IMG/VR virus record: IMGVR_UViG_3300046528_000200
Location: 1-64,000 of that record
Length of the DNA: 64,000 bases
Direction: 5' to 3' (one strand)
From: a virus
Taxonomy: Duplodnaviria; Caudoviricetes
Within the stretch, counting starts at the first letter, position 1, and the number at the start of each line of letters is the position of its first letter. This document shows, one piece after another, positions 1-8,348 of the stretch. The position numbers and the translations under genes are program-made. Under the pieces are notes generated by a model that worked only from the letters and a program-made list of their open reading frames with translations, searched no databases and was not told where the DNA came from.

Positions 1-135
1 GACGATGGCCAGCTGGTCGCGCGGCACGAGACCGCGCAGCTGGAGGTACACGGCCTGGGAATCCTTGCCGCCAGAGTGGTTGATGACGAACAGGGCGCCT
101 CGGTTGATGAGGGATTGGATTTCGGAGGGGATCAT
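1..135 (-). CDS. PAPS-reductase-like PP-loop protein, N-terminus only (runs off window)
   Basis: Manual translation MIPSEIQSLINRGALFVINHSGGKDSQAVYLQLRGLVPRDQLAIV; SGGKDS PP-loop; ATGA overlap with upstream gene at 132-135. Confidence 0.75.
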   Translation of the reverse strand, partial: MIPSEIQSLINRGALFVINHSGGKDSQAVYLQLRGLVPRDQLAIV

Positions 136-416
136 CCACGGTCTCCTTCGTCAGGGTTCACGGCGTCGCAGTAGTCCGCCTGGGTCATGCCGTACAGGAG
201 GTAAAACTCGTCCTCGTACTCGCGACCGCACAGGCCGTCGAGTTCCGGATCGCGGTAGGTGGGCACCGAATGCGGCGGATACTGGTAGCCACGCCGCAGC
301 GGGCACACCGGCGCATGCTTGGTCACCCAGCGCTCGCCGACCTTGTTGGTTTCGCCGGCGCCGGGCGCGACGGACTGGCCGCAGGCGGCGCAGGTGGCGC
401 CGAACTTGTTGATCAT
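132..416 (-). CDS. Hypothetical protein (CxxC near N-terminus)
   Basis: ORF track; stop overlaps next start. Confidence 0.7.
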   Translation of the reverse strand: MINKFGATCAACGQSVAPGAGETNKVGERWVTKHAPVCPLRRGYQYPPHSVPTYRDPELDGLCGREYEDEFYLLYGMTQADYCDAVNPDEGDRG

Positions 417-418
417 GG

Positions 419-682
419 CTAGTACCTCTCGATTCGGTAGGCCTGCAGACCAGCCAGATCCATCAGGTCGCGGTCGCTCACGGCAGCACGCTCGAGCAGC
501 GCGCCAACGAGATCTTTGAGGGCGTTGATCTGCTCGTGCGGTTCGCCGCAGGTCTGGTGGTCGATAACGAAGTCGACCACCTCGCGGCCGCTGCCGATCT
601 GCTTCCAGTCGGCGCCCTGCGGGTGATCGGCATCCCTCTTGACGATGTAAAAGTCACGCATGTCAGTTCCTCTCGCCGCCAA
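419..682 (-). CDS. Hypothetical protein
   Basis: ORF track; GAGG SD. Confidence 0.7.
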   Translation of the reverse strand: MAARGTDMRDFYIVKRDADHPQGADWKQIGSGREVVDFVIDHQTCGEPHEQINALKDLVGALLERAAVSDRDLMDLAGLQAYRIERY

Positions 683-911
683 AGTCCACAGTATGCAGCT
701 CTACCTCTTCCTGGCTGCTGCCGAAAATCTCGCCACCCGGCAGCGTGCCGGGGTCGAGCAGGATGACGAGGCACTTGCCGATATCGACCGTGCCATCGTC
801 GTTGAGCAGATCGTCGCGGCTGTCCGGACCGTCGCTGTGGTCCAGCGCCGCGGTCAGCAGCTGCTCCGGATCGTCGATCCGGAGATCCAGGGTGAATTGC
901 CACTCGCTCAT
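663..911 (-). CDS. Hypothetical acidic protein (start MSEWQF)
   Basis: Internal ATG at 911 with GGAGGAGG SD and ATGA overlap. Confidence 0.7.
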   Translation of the reverse strand: MSEWQFTLDLRIDDPEQLLTAALDHSDGPDSRDDLLNDDGTVDIGKCLVILLDPGTLPGGEIFGSSQEEVELHTVDFGGERN

Positions 912-1690
912 ACCTCCTCCTTGAATTTCACGCGATCCCAAGTCCAGCTGCCGGCGCCGATGTCCCATGCCTGCTGGCCGTTCGGCATCGCGGTCGGGCT
1001 GTAGCGGACGGTTTCTTCGGGCTCTTCGCCCTCCTTCACGACGACTACGTCGCCGTCCCACGCCATCGGAAACAGACCATCCAGCGCCTTCACGATCGCC
1101 ATCAGCCTGTCGACCTCGACGCGCTCGAAGGCAGGCATGCCCCAGCCGTTCCAGAGCGAGCCGTCGGACCAGCACTCCAACACGATCGGGTTGCTGTCGT
1201 GGTCGGTCAGAAACTCGGCCGTCACGGTGGCGCGGCGCCAGCTGCGCGCGCCGGCCGGCTTGAAGATCTCGAAGAACTTCTCGCGCGGCAGGCGCCGGGC
1301 GAAGCCGCCGCCGGCGGTGTAGAACTCGACCTGCTCGCCATCGTCGCTCGAAATCGCGACGCGGATGCCGTCGGCGTCCTCGTATTCAGGCTCGGTGCGC
1401 GCGCGCAGCTTCGTCTTGTGGGCATACTCCCATGCAGCGTTCCACAGCGCCTGGTCGGCCTGCTCCTGCGGCGACTCGCCGCCTTCCATGATCATGTCGC
1501 GGCCGACCACTTCGACGAAGGCGACCAGCATCACCATGTTGGCGTCGCAGTAGTCGTGGCTGGCGCAGACGCCGCTATGCTGGTATTCGAGCGTGCCGTT
1601 CTTCTTGCACACCTCGACGAACTGCTCGGGGTCGAGGTGCTTGCGCAGCGCTTCGACGAAGTGGTCGGCGAGTTGGATGACTTGGTTCAT
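908..1690 (-). CDS. Hypothetical protein, probably two-domain
   Basis: 260-aa ORF, coupled at both ends. Confidence 0.8.
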   Translation of the reverse strand: MNQVIQLADHFVEALRKHLDPEQFVEVCKKNGTLEYQHSGVCASHDYCDANMVMLVAFVEVVGRDMIMEGGESPQEQADQALWNAAWEYAHKTKLRARTEPEYEDADGIRVAISSDDGEQVEFYTAGGGFARRLPREKFFEIFKPAGARSWRRATVTAEFLTDHDSNPIVLECWSDGSLWNGWGMPAFERVEVDRLMAIVKALDGLFPMAWDGDVVVVKEGEEPEETVRYSPTAMPNGQQAWDIGAGSWTWDRVKFKEEV

Positions 1691-1878
1691 GGCTCCACCT
1701 TGTAAATAACTTGGGGATCAGCGACAACGACTTCGGCGTCGGTGTCGAGGGTCAGCCAACCTTCACGGCTGGCTCGGGTCGGGATGTCCAGGAGGTTGTC
1801 GATCAGGTCGCCCGGTTTTGTGTCGTTCAGATCGTAGGTGACGTCGAGCGTCAGGCGGAGGGTAATGCGGTCGGTCAT
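1687..1878 (-). CDS. Hypothetical protein
   Basis: ATGA-coupled ORF. Confidence 0.7.
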   Translation of the reverse strand: MTDRITLRLTLDVTYDLNDTKPGDLIDNLLDIPTRASREGWLTLDTDAEVVVADPQVIYKVEP

Positions 1879-2079
1879 GGCTTGGTCTCCTGCTTATGTC
1901 GGTTGAAAAGGTAGTCGACGCGCGCCTTGGCCAGACTCAAGGCCTCCCTCGGTGAAAGGAAAAGCGACGTCGCTGGTGGAGTGCGTGATGCCGGCCCGGA
2001 AGACGGTATATCGGGCGCGTTTGATGTCGCTATGCACCCAGAAATCGCCGCGCTCATAGACGATATCGCCTTCCTTCAC
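1875..2079 (-). pseudogene. Small gene with apparent +1 frameshift near 1940 (natural or sequencing error)
   Basis: Coupled start (2079) and coupled stop (1875) are 205 nt apart (3n+1); removing one C from GGCCTTG joins MKEGDIV...TEGG to LSLAKARVDYLFNRHKQETKP. Confidence 0.6.
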
Positions 2080-2333
2080 GGCGCCTCCGCCTGGAGAGCA
2101 CGCAGCAGCTGCTCGAGCTGCTCCATGCCGACCGGCCGGTCGGTCAGGCCGTCGATCAGCGGATCACCCAGCGCGAGGTCGGCTACCTCCTCGGACAGCA
2201 GATCTTGCTGGGCCTCATTCAGGCCGTTGGACGTGATCACGTCCTCCAGATCGTTCAGCGTCTCGTGGACCGCACGCTGCGCAGCCACGGCATGCTGCAG
2301 TGCCTGCAGCATGCGTTCGTTAGGGCGGTTCAC
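2076..2333 (-). CDS. Hypothetical protein
   Basis: Coupled ORF, GTG start. Confidence 0.7.
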   Translation of the reverse strand: MNRPNERMLQALQHAVAAQRAVHETLNDLEDVITSNGLNEAQQDLLSEEVADLALGDPLIDGLTDRPVGMEQLEQLLRALQAEAP

Positions 2334-2749
2334 GATTTCACCTTCATGTGCGCGGCGATCAGCGGCTCGATGATCTGGCTGTAGCTGCCGTCTTCCGGCA
2401 CCTTGGCATTGAGGAAGGTGTCGACCGCACCCGCAAGGTCGATCAGCGCCTGCTGCCTCGTCGAGTGGCCGCCTTCAGGGAACATCTCGTCAAGCTTCTT
2501 CTGCATGGCCTGCTGGATCGTGCGTCGGCCGGCGCCGTAGGCGAAGAACGAGCGCACTTCGTCTTCGACGATGCCCATGAGCTGCCGGTGGGCGGTCTCG
2601 GTGATGATTTGCTGGATGCGCTCCGGCGTGCAGAAGTTGTCGACTGCAGCCTGCATCTCTTCGCTGAGCAGCGCGGCGCGCTGGCCGAGCATGGTCATGA
2701 GGGTCTGCTTCATGCCCTCGATTTCAATACGGATGGTGGGCGGGTTCAT
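2330..2749 (-). CDS. Hypothetical protein
   Basis: Coupled ORF. Confidence 0.75.
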   Translation of the reverse strand: MNPPTIRIEIEGMKQTLMTMLGQRAALLSEEMQAAVDNFCTPERIQQIITETAHRQLMGIVEDEVRSFFAYGAGRRTIQQAMQKKLDEMFPEGGHSTRQQALIDLAGAVDTFLNAKVPEDGSYSQIIEPLIAAHMKVKS

Positions 2750-3201
2750 GACTTCACCTGTTCGAGAATCTCGTACATCCGGCGCAGATTCTGCTCATTC
2801 GCAGCCTGCCCGCGACCAACACGGAATGCCTCGACCGCCCCCGCAAGTTCCGCCAGCGCCGGCAGGCGCCGCAGCAGCGCCTGGTGCTTGTCGACGAATT
2901 CGACGGTGTCGCCGCCGTTGATCGGCTCGTCCTTGCCGAATCCCAGCTCGTCGAGCGCCATGACGAACAGGCGCGCCTGCGCCGCCAGCTGCGTGGTGGG
3001 CGGCGGCACCGGGACGAGGGTGAACTCCATGTCGCGAACGAGGGCGGCTTCGGCGCGTGACAGGTCGCAGCTGTCGGGGTCATCAGCAGTATCCGCAGCG
3101 TCGGCCTGGCCGATCTCCAGCAGCTTGAACACCAGATCGCGCACGTGGTCCTGCTGCAACATGGCGTCGGTGGCGACGGTAAGGGTGAGTTGGTGTTTCA
3201 T
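2746..3201 (-). CDS. Hypothetical protein
   Basis: Start MKHQ at ATGA overlap. Confidence 0.75.
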   Translation of the reverse strand: MKHQLTLTVATDAMLQQDHVRDLVFKLLEIGQADAADTADDPDSCDLSRAEAALVRDMEFTLVPVPPPTTQLAAQARLFVMALDELGFGKDEPINGGDTVEFVDKHQALLRRLPALAELAGAVEAFRVGRGQAANEQNLRRMYEILEQVKS

Positions 3202-3398
3202 GGTGCTTCCTTCCATTCTTGCGCAGCGCTGTTCCAGTAGGCACGCTGCATGTTGTTGATGTCGTGGCCGGAAAAGATGCTCGTGCCGATCAGGTAGAAG
3301 CCATCAGCGAAAGTTCCGTGGAGGTCTTCGCCCGGCTGGCGCTCGACGGTGGAGAGGATGGTGCCATCGTCACCGGTCTGGTTATGGATGACGTTCAT
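3198..3398 (-). CDS. Hypothetical protein
   Basis: Coupled ORF. Confidence 0.7.
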   Translation of the reverse strand: MNVIHNQTGDDGTILSTVERQPGEDLHGTFADGFYLIGTSIFSGHDINNMQRAYWNSAAQEWKEAP

Positions 3399-3655
3399 TC
3401 TTTCTCCTTGTCGGCAGCTTCCTGCTCCAGCAGGCGCGCCACGGCGCGGCCGCGCTGGTAGATGGTGTCAAAGTCACGCGGCCCTTCGTAGCTGCGCGGC
3501 CCAGCGTTGTTGAAGCCGCGCTGCCAGTCATCGCGGGCGCCAACGGTACAGAACGGGTTCAGGTCGATGCCGTATTCTCGGTGGCGCCGGATATCATCTT
3601 TTGCCACCTTCTCAGCCCATGCGAGAACTTCTTCGGGCGTGTTGCCGCGGCTCAT
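3395..3655 (-). CDS. Hypothetical protein
   Basis: Coupled ORF. Confidence 0.7.
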   Translation of the reverse strand: MSRGNTPEEVLAWAEKVAKDDIRRHREYGIDLNPFCTVGARDDWQRGFNNAGPRSYEGPRDFDTIYQRGRAVARLLEQEAADKEKE

Positions 3656-4044
3656 CCCCCGGCCTCCTCGTCGGTCACGCGGACCCAGGCCAGCACGTCG
3701 GCGCCGTCGTCGCAGGCAGAGGTCACGGCCGGCTCGGCGATGTTAATGCTCTCGCTGAACTGGTACCGGCAGCGCGCCGCGGCGACGTGCGGATCAGCGT
3801 CGTCGACGGCGAACAGGGCGCAGGCCTGGGTGAAATCGAGGCCGGGGTGGTTCAAGTTTTCGCACAGCTTGTCGATCTGGCGGGCGTCGAGCGGCGTGAT
3901 GGTGCCATGGTTGTTGGCGAGCCCCTGGATATCGATCGGAAGATCCAGCAGGCTGCCATCGTAGACAATCTGGTGGTAATAATTCAGCGCCGCCAGCACA
4001 GTGGCGTGCTCGGCGTCGGTGAGGGCATGGAGTTTGGGTTTCAT
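3652..4044 (-). CDS. Hypothetical protein
   Basis: Coupled ORF. Confidence 0.75.
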   Translation of the reverse strand: MKPKLHALTDAEHATVLAALNYYHQIVYDGSLLDLPIDIQGLANNHGTITPLDARQIDKLCENLNHPGLDFTQACALFAVDDADPHVAAARCRYQFSESINIAEPAVTSACDDGADVLAWVRVTDEEAGG

Positions 4045-4334
4045 GGTTGGTCCTTGGGTGGCCAGACGCCTTCCAGCGCCCGGTAGATTTGCGTCATCAG
4101 CGGCTCAGCGCCGCCGGGCGCCGGCATCGACCACTGGGTGTGGTACTCGTGCACCGTGCGCCACGGTGGACTGCCGGCCGGCAGCGTGCGCCAGGTGAGG
4201 CCATGCTGTTCGCGCGCCAGGATGGCGCAGACGATGTCGTACAGGTCGTGCTGGCGCGGCCGGGTCTTCTTGCGCGCGGCTTCCAGCAGCGGGCGCACCA
4301 GCTCGAACTGCTCGCGGGTGATGGGCGGGTTCAT
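4041..4334 (-). CDS. Stand-alone IS5-family transposase N-terminal (DUF4096-like) domain protein
   Basis: ITREQFELVRPLLEAARKKTRPRQHDLYDIVCAIL...WRTLPAGSPPWRTVHEYHTQW matches the IS5 N-terminal pattern (W-R-x-L-P...W-x-TV); no DDE domain follows. Confidence 0.75.
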   Translation of the reverse strand: MNPPITREQFELVRPLLEAARKKTRPRQHDLYDIVCAILAREQHGLTWRTLPAGSPPWRTVHEYHTQWSMPAPGGAEPLMTQIYRALEGVWPPKDQP

Positions 4335-4636
4335 GGCTTGCGCGCCTTTCCATCGCCGCCGCAGGCTTGGCATGCGGGTGACTTCCAGCCCTGCTGGATC
4401 CAGCCATAGCCGTTGCAAGCCGGGCACTTGTCGCCGACAGCCGTCAGCACCGGCGGCCCGGTCAGCCAGCGGTTTTCTTTTCCGCACAGGGGCTCCTGCA
4501 GGATGGCAATGCGCTGGTCGCCTTCGCAGCTGCGCAGCGCGGCGTCGAAGTCGCGATAGGCATGCACGGTCTGGCCGTTCAGGTCGAGGATGTGGTAGAG
4601 CAGGCCGCGGCCGTCGTTGGGGAGGGAGATGATCAT
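4331..4636 (-). CDS. Protein with DnaJ-type zinc finger
   Basis: Two CxxCxGxG motifs (CPACNGYG, CQACGGDG). Confidence 0.7.
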   Translation of the reverse strand: MIISLPNDGRGLLYHILDLNGQTVHAYRDFDAALRSCEGDQRIAILQEPLCGKENRWLTGPPVLTAVGDKCPACNGYGWIQQGWKSPACQACGGDGKARKP

Positions 4637-4854
4637 GATGGCTTCCTTTCTTCGTTCTCGAAGGCCTCGCGGCCATCGAAGCTGTTGTGGACCCAGAGGC
4701 CGTCCTCGTCCTGCGCGGCGCCGCACGGGCAGTCCTCGTCCATGTGGTCACGCAGGTCACCGACCGGGATGAGATGGGCGCCGCTATCACAGGCGGCAAG
4801 CGTCCAGCCGTGCAGGCCTTGTTTGCGGGCTTCGTCTTGGGTCATTTCGCTCAC
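4633..4854 (-). CDS. Hypothetical protein
   Basis: GTGA-coupled start; His/Cys cluster. Confidence 0.65.
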   Translation of the reverse strand: MSEMTQDEARKQGLHGWTLAACDSGAHLIPVGDLRDHMDEDCPCGAAQDEDGLWVHNSFDGREAFENEERKPS

Positions 4855-5114
4855 AGCGGCTCCCTGTCCGCCGGCATGCCAGCAAATTCGCGCAGCTTGG
4901 CCTGCAGCGCCTTGCCGTCGGCCGGCAGCCGGAAGTCGATATCGCCGTCGTCGACGCTCACCTTCGCATCCATCTCCTCGGCGCCAAGGTGTGGCACCTC
5001 GTCGAGGTAGGCATCGAGCACGAGCCGCGTGCCGGCCTGCACCCACAGGATGCGGTTGTCGGTGGCGTCGGTACGGCCATCGAAGCCGCAGCCGAGAATT
5101 TCGAAGGTCTTCAC
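4851..5114 (-). CDS. Hypothetical protein
   Basis: Coupled ORF. Confidence 0.7.
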   Translation of the reverse strand: MKTFEILGCGFDGRTDATDNRILWVQAGTRLVLDAYLDEVPHLGAEEMDAKVSVDDGDIDFRLPADGKALQAKLREFAGMPADREPL

Positions 5115-5512
5115 AGGTCATACTCCTTTCGTGCGCGCTCCTCGATCGAGCGCAGGTAATCGAGATCGTCGCCGAAGTCGATGCCAGCGTGGCCGGCACG
5201 GTCGAGATAGCTGATGCTCTCGCAGTCGATCACACGGGCCATGTACTTCACCAGCAGGGCCTCGAGTTCTTCAGCAGTGCGGGGCGGCTCGTCTTCCGCC
5301 GCCTCCTCGGCCGCCGCCCAGTGCCACAGCATCTCCATGCGCTCGGCGTACGTGGCGTTCGGCCACCAGCTGTGGTCCTTGTCGCCCGAGAACACCATGC
5401 CGGCGACGCCGCCGTCGGTGATGCCGACCTGGTCCATCACGCTGCGCAGCGCCTCATCAAGGTCATGGATGTGGGCGGCGGCGGCCAGCATGTGGTCTTC
5501 GATTTTAGTCAT
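5111..5512 (-). CDS. Hypothetical protein
   Basis: Coupled ORF. Confidence 0.75.
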   Translation of the reverse strand: MTKIEDHMLAAAAHIHDLDEALRSVMDQVGITDGGVAGMVFSGDKDHSWWPNATYAERMEMLWHWAAAEEAAEDEPPRTAEELEALLVKYMARVIDCESISYLDRAGHAGIDFGDDLDYLRSIEERARKEYDL

Positions 5513-5709
5513 GGCTCAATCCTTCCGTCAGGGAGTTTCAAGTTTTCGATGCACTCGTTCAGCCGCTTCCTGGCGATGCGTAGCTCTTCGTCGTAGTCGG
5601 TGAACGCCTCGGCCCGGTCGCTACCCTTCCAGCTGTGGGCGACCTCGGCATTCACCAACTTCGTGATGCGCTTCTTCAGCTCGCGGGCTTCCTTGATGGT
5701 GATGGTCAT
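5509..5709 (-). CDS. Hypothetical protein
   Basis: Coupled ORF; AGGAG SD. Confidence 0.7.
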   Translation of the reverse strand: MTITIKEARELKKRITKLVNAEVAHSWKGSDRAEAFTDYDEELRIARKRLNECIENLKLPDGRIEP

Positions 5710-5720
5710 GTCTTCTCCTT

Positions 5721-6197
5721 TCAGATCTGGCCGTGTTCGGCCATGGAGTGGGTGCGCACGCCGGCCACGATAATGTGGTCCAGCACACGGATGCCGACCA
5801 AGCCCAGCGCCTGCACCAGCGTCTGGGTGATACGGTGGTCGGCCTCACTCGGGGTCGGCTCACCCGACGGGTGGTTGTGTGCCAGGATCACGCTGACGGC
5901 ATTGAGCTGCAGCGCCAGCTTGACCACTTCACGCGGGTAGACGTTGGTCTGGGTGACGGTGCCGGTGAACATGATTTCGTGCTTGAGCAGGCGGTTCTTG
6001 GTGTCGACGAACAGCACGTCGAAGCGCTCGGATTCCAGCATTGCCAGCTGCAGCGTCAGGTAGTCCTTGACGATCGCCGGCGACGAGAACAGCTGGCCGG
6101 GCTGCCTGAGACGCTTGGCCAGGATTTTCATGGCCGCGGCCAGCACGGCGTCGTCGGCGCGATACTCGGCGCGCGCTTCTTGAACTTGGGAGGGCAT
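5721..6197 (-). CDS. radC: RadC-family JAB/MPN domain protein
   Basis: E...NVYPREVVK...ILAHNHPSGEPTPSEAD...VLDHIIV; intact JAB motif. Confidence 0.95.
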   Translation of the reverse strand: MPSQVQEARAEYRADDAVLAAAMKILAKRLRQPGQLFSSPAIVKDYLTLQLAMLESERFDVLFVDTKNRLLKHEIMFTGTVTQTNVYPREVVKLALQLNAVSVILAHNHPSGEPTPSEADHRITQTLVQALGLVGIRVLDHIIVAGVRTHSMAEHGQI

Positions 6198-6205
6198 GGG
6201 TGCTC

Positions 6206-6478
6206 CTATAGGATGAAAATGGGTTTGGGGATCGGGCCGGCGGCAAACCACTTCAGCTCACACAGCAGGTCGACGGCAAGGTCTTCGGCCTCGTCGTCGT
6301 CAATCTCGCAGTCGGGCAGGCAGCTCCAGACGGCGACGACCATAGGCTCGAAGCCGGCGGCATAGCCGACGTAGCGCACGGCCTTGTTCTCGGGCACCTC
6401 GCTGGGCGTGTAGTGGTGGCCGGCGTCATCGACGCCGTGGCCGATGTACTGGCGGGCTTGCTGGCAGGTGATGGTCAT
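6206..6478 (-). CDS. Hypothetical protein
   Basis: ORF track. Confidence 0.7.
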   Translation of the reverse strand: MTITCQQARQYIGHGVDDAGHHYTPSEVPENKAVRYVGYAAGFEPMVVAVWSCLPDCEIDDDEAEDLAVDLLCELKWFAAGPIPKPIFIL

Positions 6479-6627
6479 ACGAGATTCCTACTCTCGGCCT
6501 CAAGCTCAGCCAGCAGCGCGTAACCGTCACGGCCGGCGGCGCGCTCCTTTTCCATCACGCCGAGCACCTGTCGATCGGTGCAGTTCTTCAGGTAGGCGGC
6601 GAACTCCCGCATGTCCTGGGCGCTCAT
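6475..6627 (-). CDS. Hypothetical 50-aa protein (not in ORF track)
   Basis: MSAQDMREFAAYLKNCTDRQVLGVMEKERAAGRDGYALLAELEAESRNLV; ATGA overlaps at both ends. Confidence 0.7.
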   Translation of the reverse strand: MSAQDMREFAAYLKNCTDRQVLGVMEKERAAGRDGYALLAELEAESRNLV

Positions 6628-6854
6628 TCCAGGCCTCCCAGCGCAAGTCGCAGGACCTCAGCCTTGCCGCGCACGGCGGCTTCGGCAGCAGCGACGCGCT
6701 GCTGCACCATCTCGATAGCTGACGGCGGCCATGAGCTGGTGATCACGAGGTCCTTGGCTTTCTGCAGCAGAGCGCGCTGTGTCTTGAGCTGGTCGCAGGA
6801 CAGGGTCACGTCGAACGCTGCGTCACGCAGCTGCTGGATGGTTGCTTCATTCAT
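6624..6854 (-). CDS. Hypothetical protein
   Basis: Start MNEATI; GGAGG SD; coupled. Confidence 0.7.
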   Translation of the reverse strand: MNEATIQQLRDAAFDVTLSCDQLKTQRALLQKAKDLVITSSWPPSAIEMVQQRVAAAEAAVRGKAEVLRLALGGLE

Positions 6855-7237
6855 ATTGCCTCCGATGGAAGTGAAACGACAACCTTGAGGTTGCCGTTGA
6901 TGATGTAGTGCAGGCCGCTGTGGTCGGTCGAGTAGACGCGGCGCCAGTGCTGGTCGTCCAGCACCTGCACCTCGTAGCGGGTCGGGCGCTTGTCGTGTCG
7001 CGTCGTCTTCGGCACCGGGCCAGTGCGCACATCGTGCGCCGCCAGCTTGCGGCGCCGGCCAGTCCTGAGATCGATCTCGTAGCCGTCGTCGTCGTACTGG
7101 CGCACCAGGCGGATGGCCCGCTCGGGACAGCACTCAGCCTCCATGACGAGGTACTTGGCGACGGAGACGCTGGTCGCCGCGGTGTGGATCCGGACGATGC
7201 CGGCGTCGTGCTTGACGGTGAGGAGGTAGTTAAACAT
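6851..7237 (-). CDS. Hypothetical protein
   Basis: Coupled ORF. Confidence 0.7.
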   Translation of the reverse strand: MFNYLLTVKHDAGIVRIHTAATSVSVAKYLVMEAECCPERAIRLVRQYDDDGYEIDLRTGRRRKLAAHDVRTGPVPKTTRHDKRPTRYEVQVLDDQHWRRVYSTDHSGLHYIINGNLKVVVSLPSEAI

Positions 7238-7439
7238 CGCCGTCCTCCGGGATCGAAGCCCAGTCGATGCTGGCGTGGTCCCAGCCGGTCAGCATCTGGC
7301 GCATCTCGGCCTTGCTGCGCGCCACCGCGGAGATGTCGTGCGGATGCTCGCCGCCCTGGCAGTAGATCTCCTTGAAGCGCGTCTGGCGCAGCTCGACGAA
7401 GCCCTGCTTGCAGCGGGTGAGGTAATAGGTGTGCGTCAC
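7230..7439 (-). CDS. Hypothetical protein
   Basis: GTGA-coupled start. Confidence 0.65.
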   Translation of the reverse strand: MTHTYYLTRCKQGFVELRQTRFKEIYCQGGEHPHDISAVARSKAEMRQMLTGWDHASIDWASIPEDGDV

Positions 7440-7669
7440 AGGGCCTCCAGCTTGGCGACGATCTCCTCGCCGATCTTCAGCACCTCGGCCGCGTATTCTT
7501 CCATCTTGGTGGCGTGGATGTGCGCCTCCGACAGGCACTGCTGCACCTTGATGTCGAAGGGGTGCTGATTGTACATGGTCTGGATCTGGCGCTTGGCCTG
7601 CGTCCAGCTGTCGCGCTCGTTGCGCAGGTCGGCGAGGTATTCCTGGGTAATGGTGGAATTAGTGGTCAT
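7436..7669 (-). CDS. Hypothetical protein
   Basis: Coupled ORF. Confidence 0.7.
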   Translation of the reverse strand: MTTNSTITQEYLADLRNERDSWTQAKRQIQTMYNQHPFDIKVQQCLSEAHIHATKMEEYAAEVLKIGEEIVAKLEAL

Positions 7670-7827
7670 GTGATGCTCCTTGCGAGGTGATTAACAGCGT
7701 GCTGTACATCGGCGAGGCTGCGGTGACGGATGCAGGTCTGTTCGATACGAGGCGTCAGGCCACAGGTGGCCGCCTGCCGCAGCGCATCCTGCAGCGCACT
7801 GAGCGCGGCAACTTGCTCAGGTGTCAT
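7666..7827 (-). CDS. Hypothetical protein
   Basis: MTPEQV start with GGAG SD just after terminator. Confidence 0.6.
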   Translation of the reverse strand: MTPEQVAALSALQDALRQAATCGLTPRIEQTCIRHRSLADVQHAVNHLARSIT

Positions 7828-7837
7828 GTACTTCTCC

Positions 7838-7866
7838 AAAAGAAAACCGCCACCCAAGGTGGCGGT
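7838..7866 (-). terminator. Rho-independent terminator
   Basis: ACCGCCACC-TTG-GGTGGCGGT followed by TTTCTTTT on minus strand. Confidence 0.8.
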
Positions 7867-7885
7867 CGGATTGCGCGATGGCGGC

Positions 7886-8188
7886 TTACCGGCCGCCACC
7901 ACTCATCGAGCCCCACATCAGGTCGATGCCAGGTCCGAAGTCGGGCGCCGGCACGCCGTTGAGTTGGGCATAAAATTCAGCGTTAACCTCGTAGCTGGCC
8001 TCCTGGAATTCCGGCGTGGTCGACAGCTGATTCATATCGTGCGTCTGAAAGAACAGCAGCGCGTCGTCGATCGGGTCCGGCTGGCTAGCCGGCCGGATGG
8101 TCATATCGAAGCCGGCAAGGTTGAGCTTCCAGGCATTGATCTGGTTGATGTCGAGGCCGGCGGCCGGCGCAGCGTACGAGAAGTGCAT
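7886..8188 (-). CDS. Hypothetical protein
   Basis: ORF track. Confidence 0.6.
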   Translation of the reverse strand: MHFSYAAPAAGLDINQINAWKLNLAGFDMTIRPASQPDPIDDALLFFQTHDMNQLSTTPEFQEASYEVNAEFYAQLNGVPAPDFGPGIDLMWGSMSGGGR

Positions 8189-8252
8189 CGTCTTACCCTT
8201 TCAGGATTATTGGAGTTGGTATGTTGACGCAGATCAACGTTTCTGTCGAGAT

Positions 8253-8348
8253 CTAGCCAATCCCGGCCACGAAAGAGCCGTGCGCGGTGAAGTAAACGAG
8301 CAGCGCGAAGAGCGCGGCTGCGATGAGGTAGGCCCAGAATTTACGCAC
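8253..8348 (-). CDS. 31-aa single-TM membrane peptide (not in ORF track)
   Basis: GTG-RKFWAYLIAAALFALLVYFTAHGSFVAGIG*; GGAG SD; overlaps upstream stop. Confidence 0.6.
   Translation of the reverse strand: MRKFWAYLIAAALFALLVYFTAHGSFVAGIG

Noticed and set aside
4041-4334. Active IS element
   Set aside because: No catalytic DDE ORF, inverted repeats or target duplication; the flanking genes are intact and coupled.
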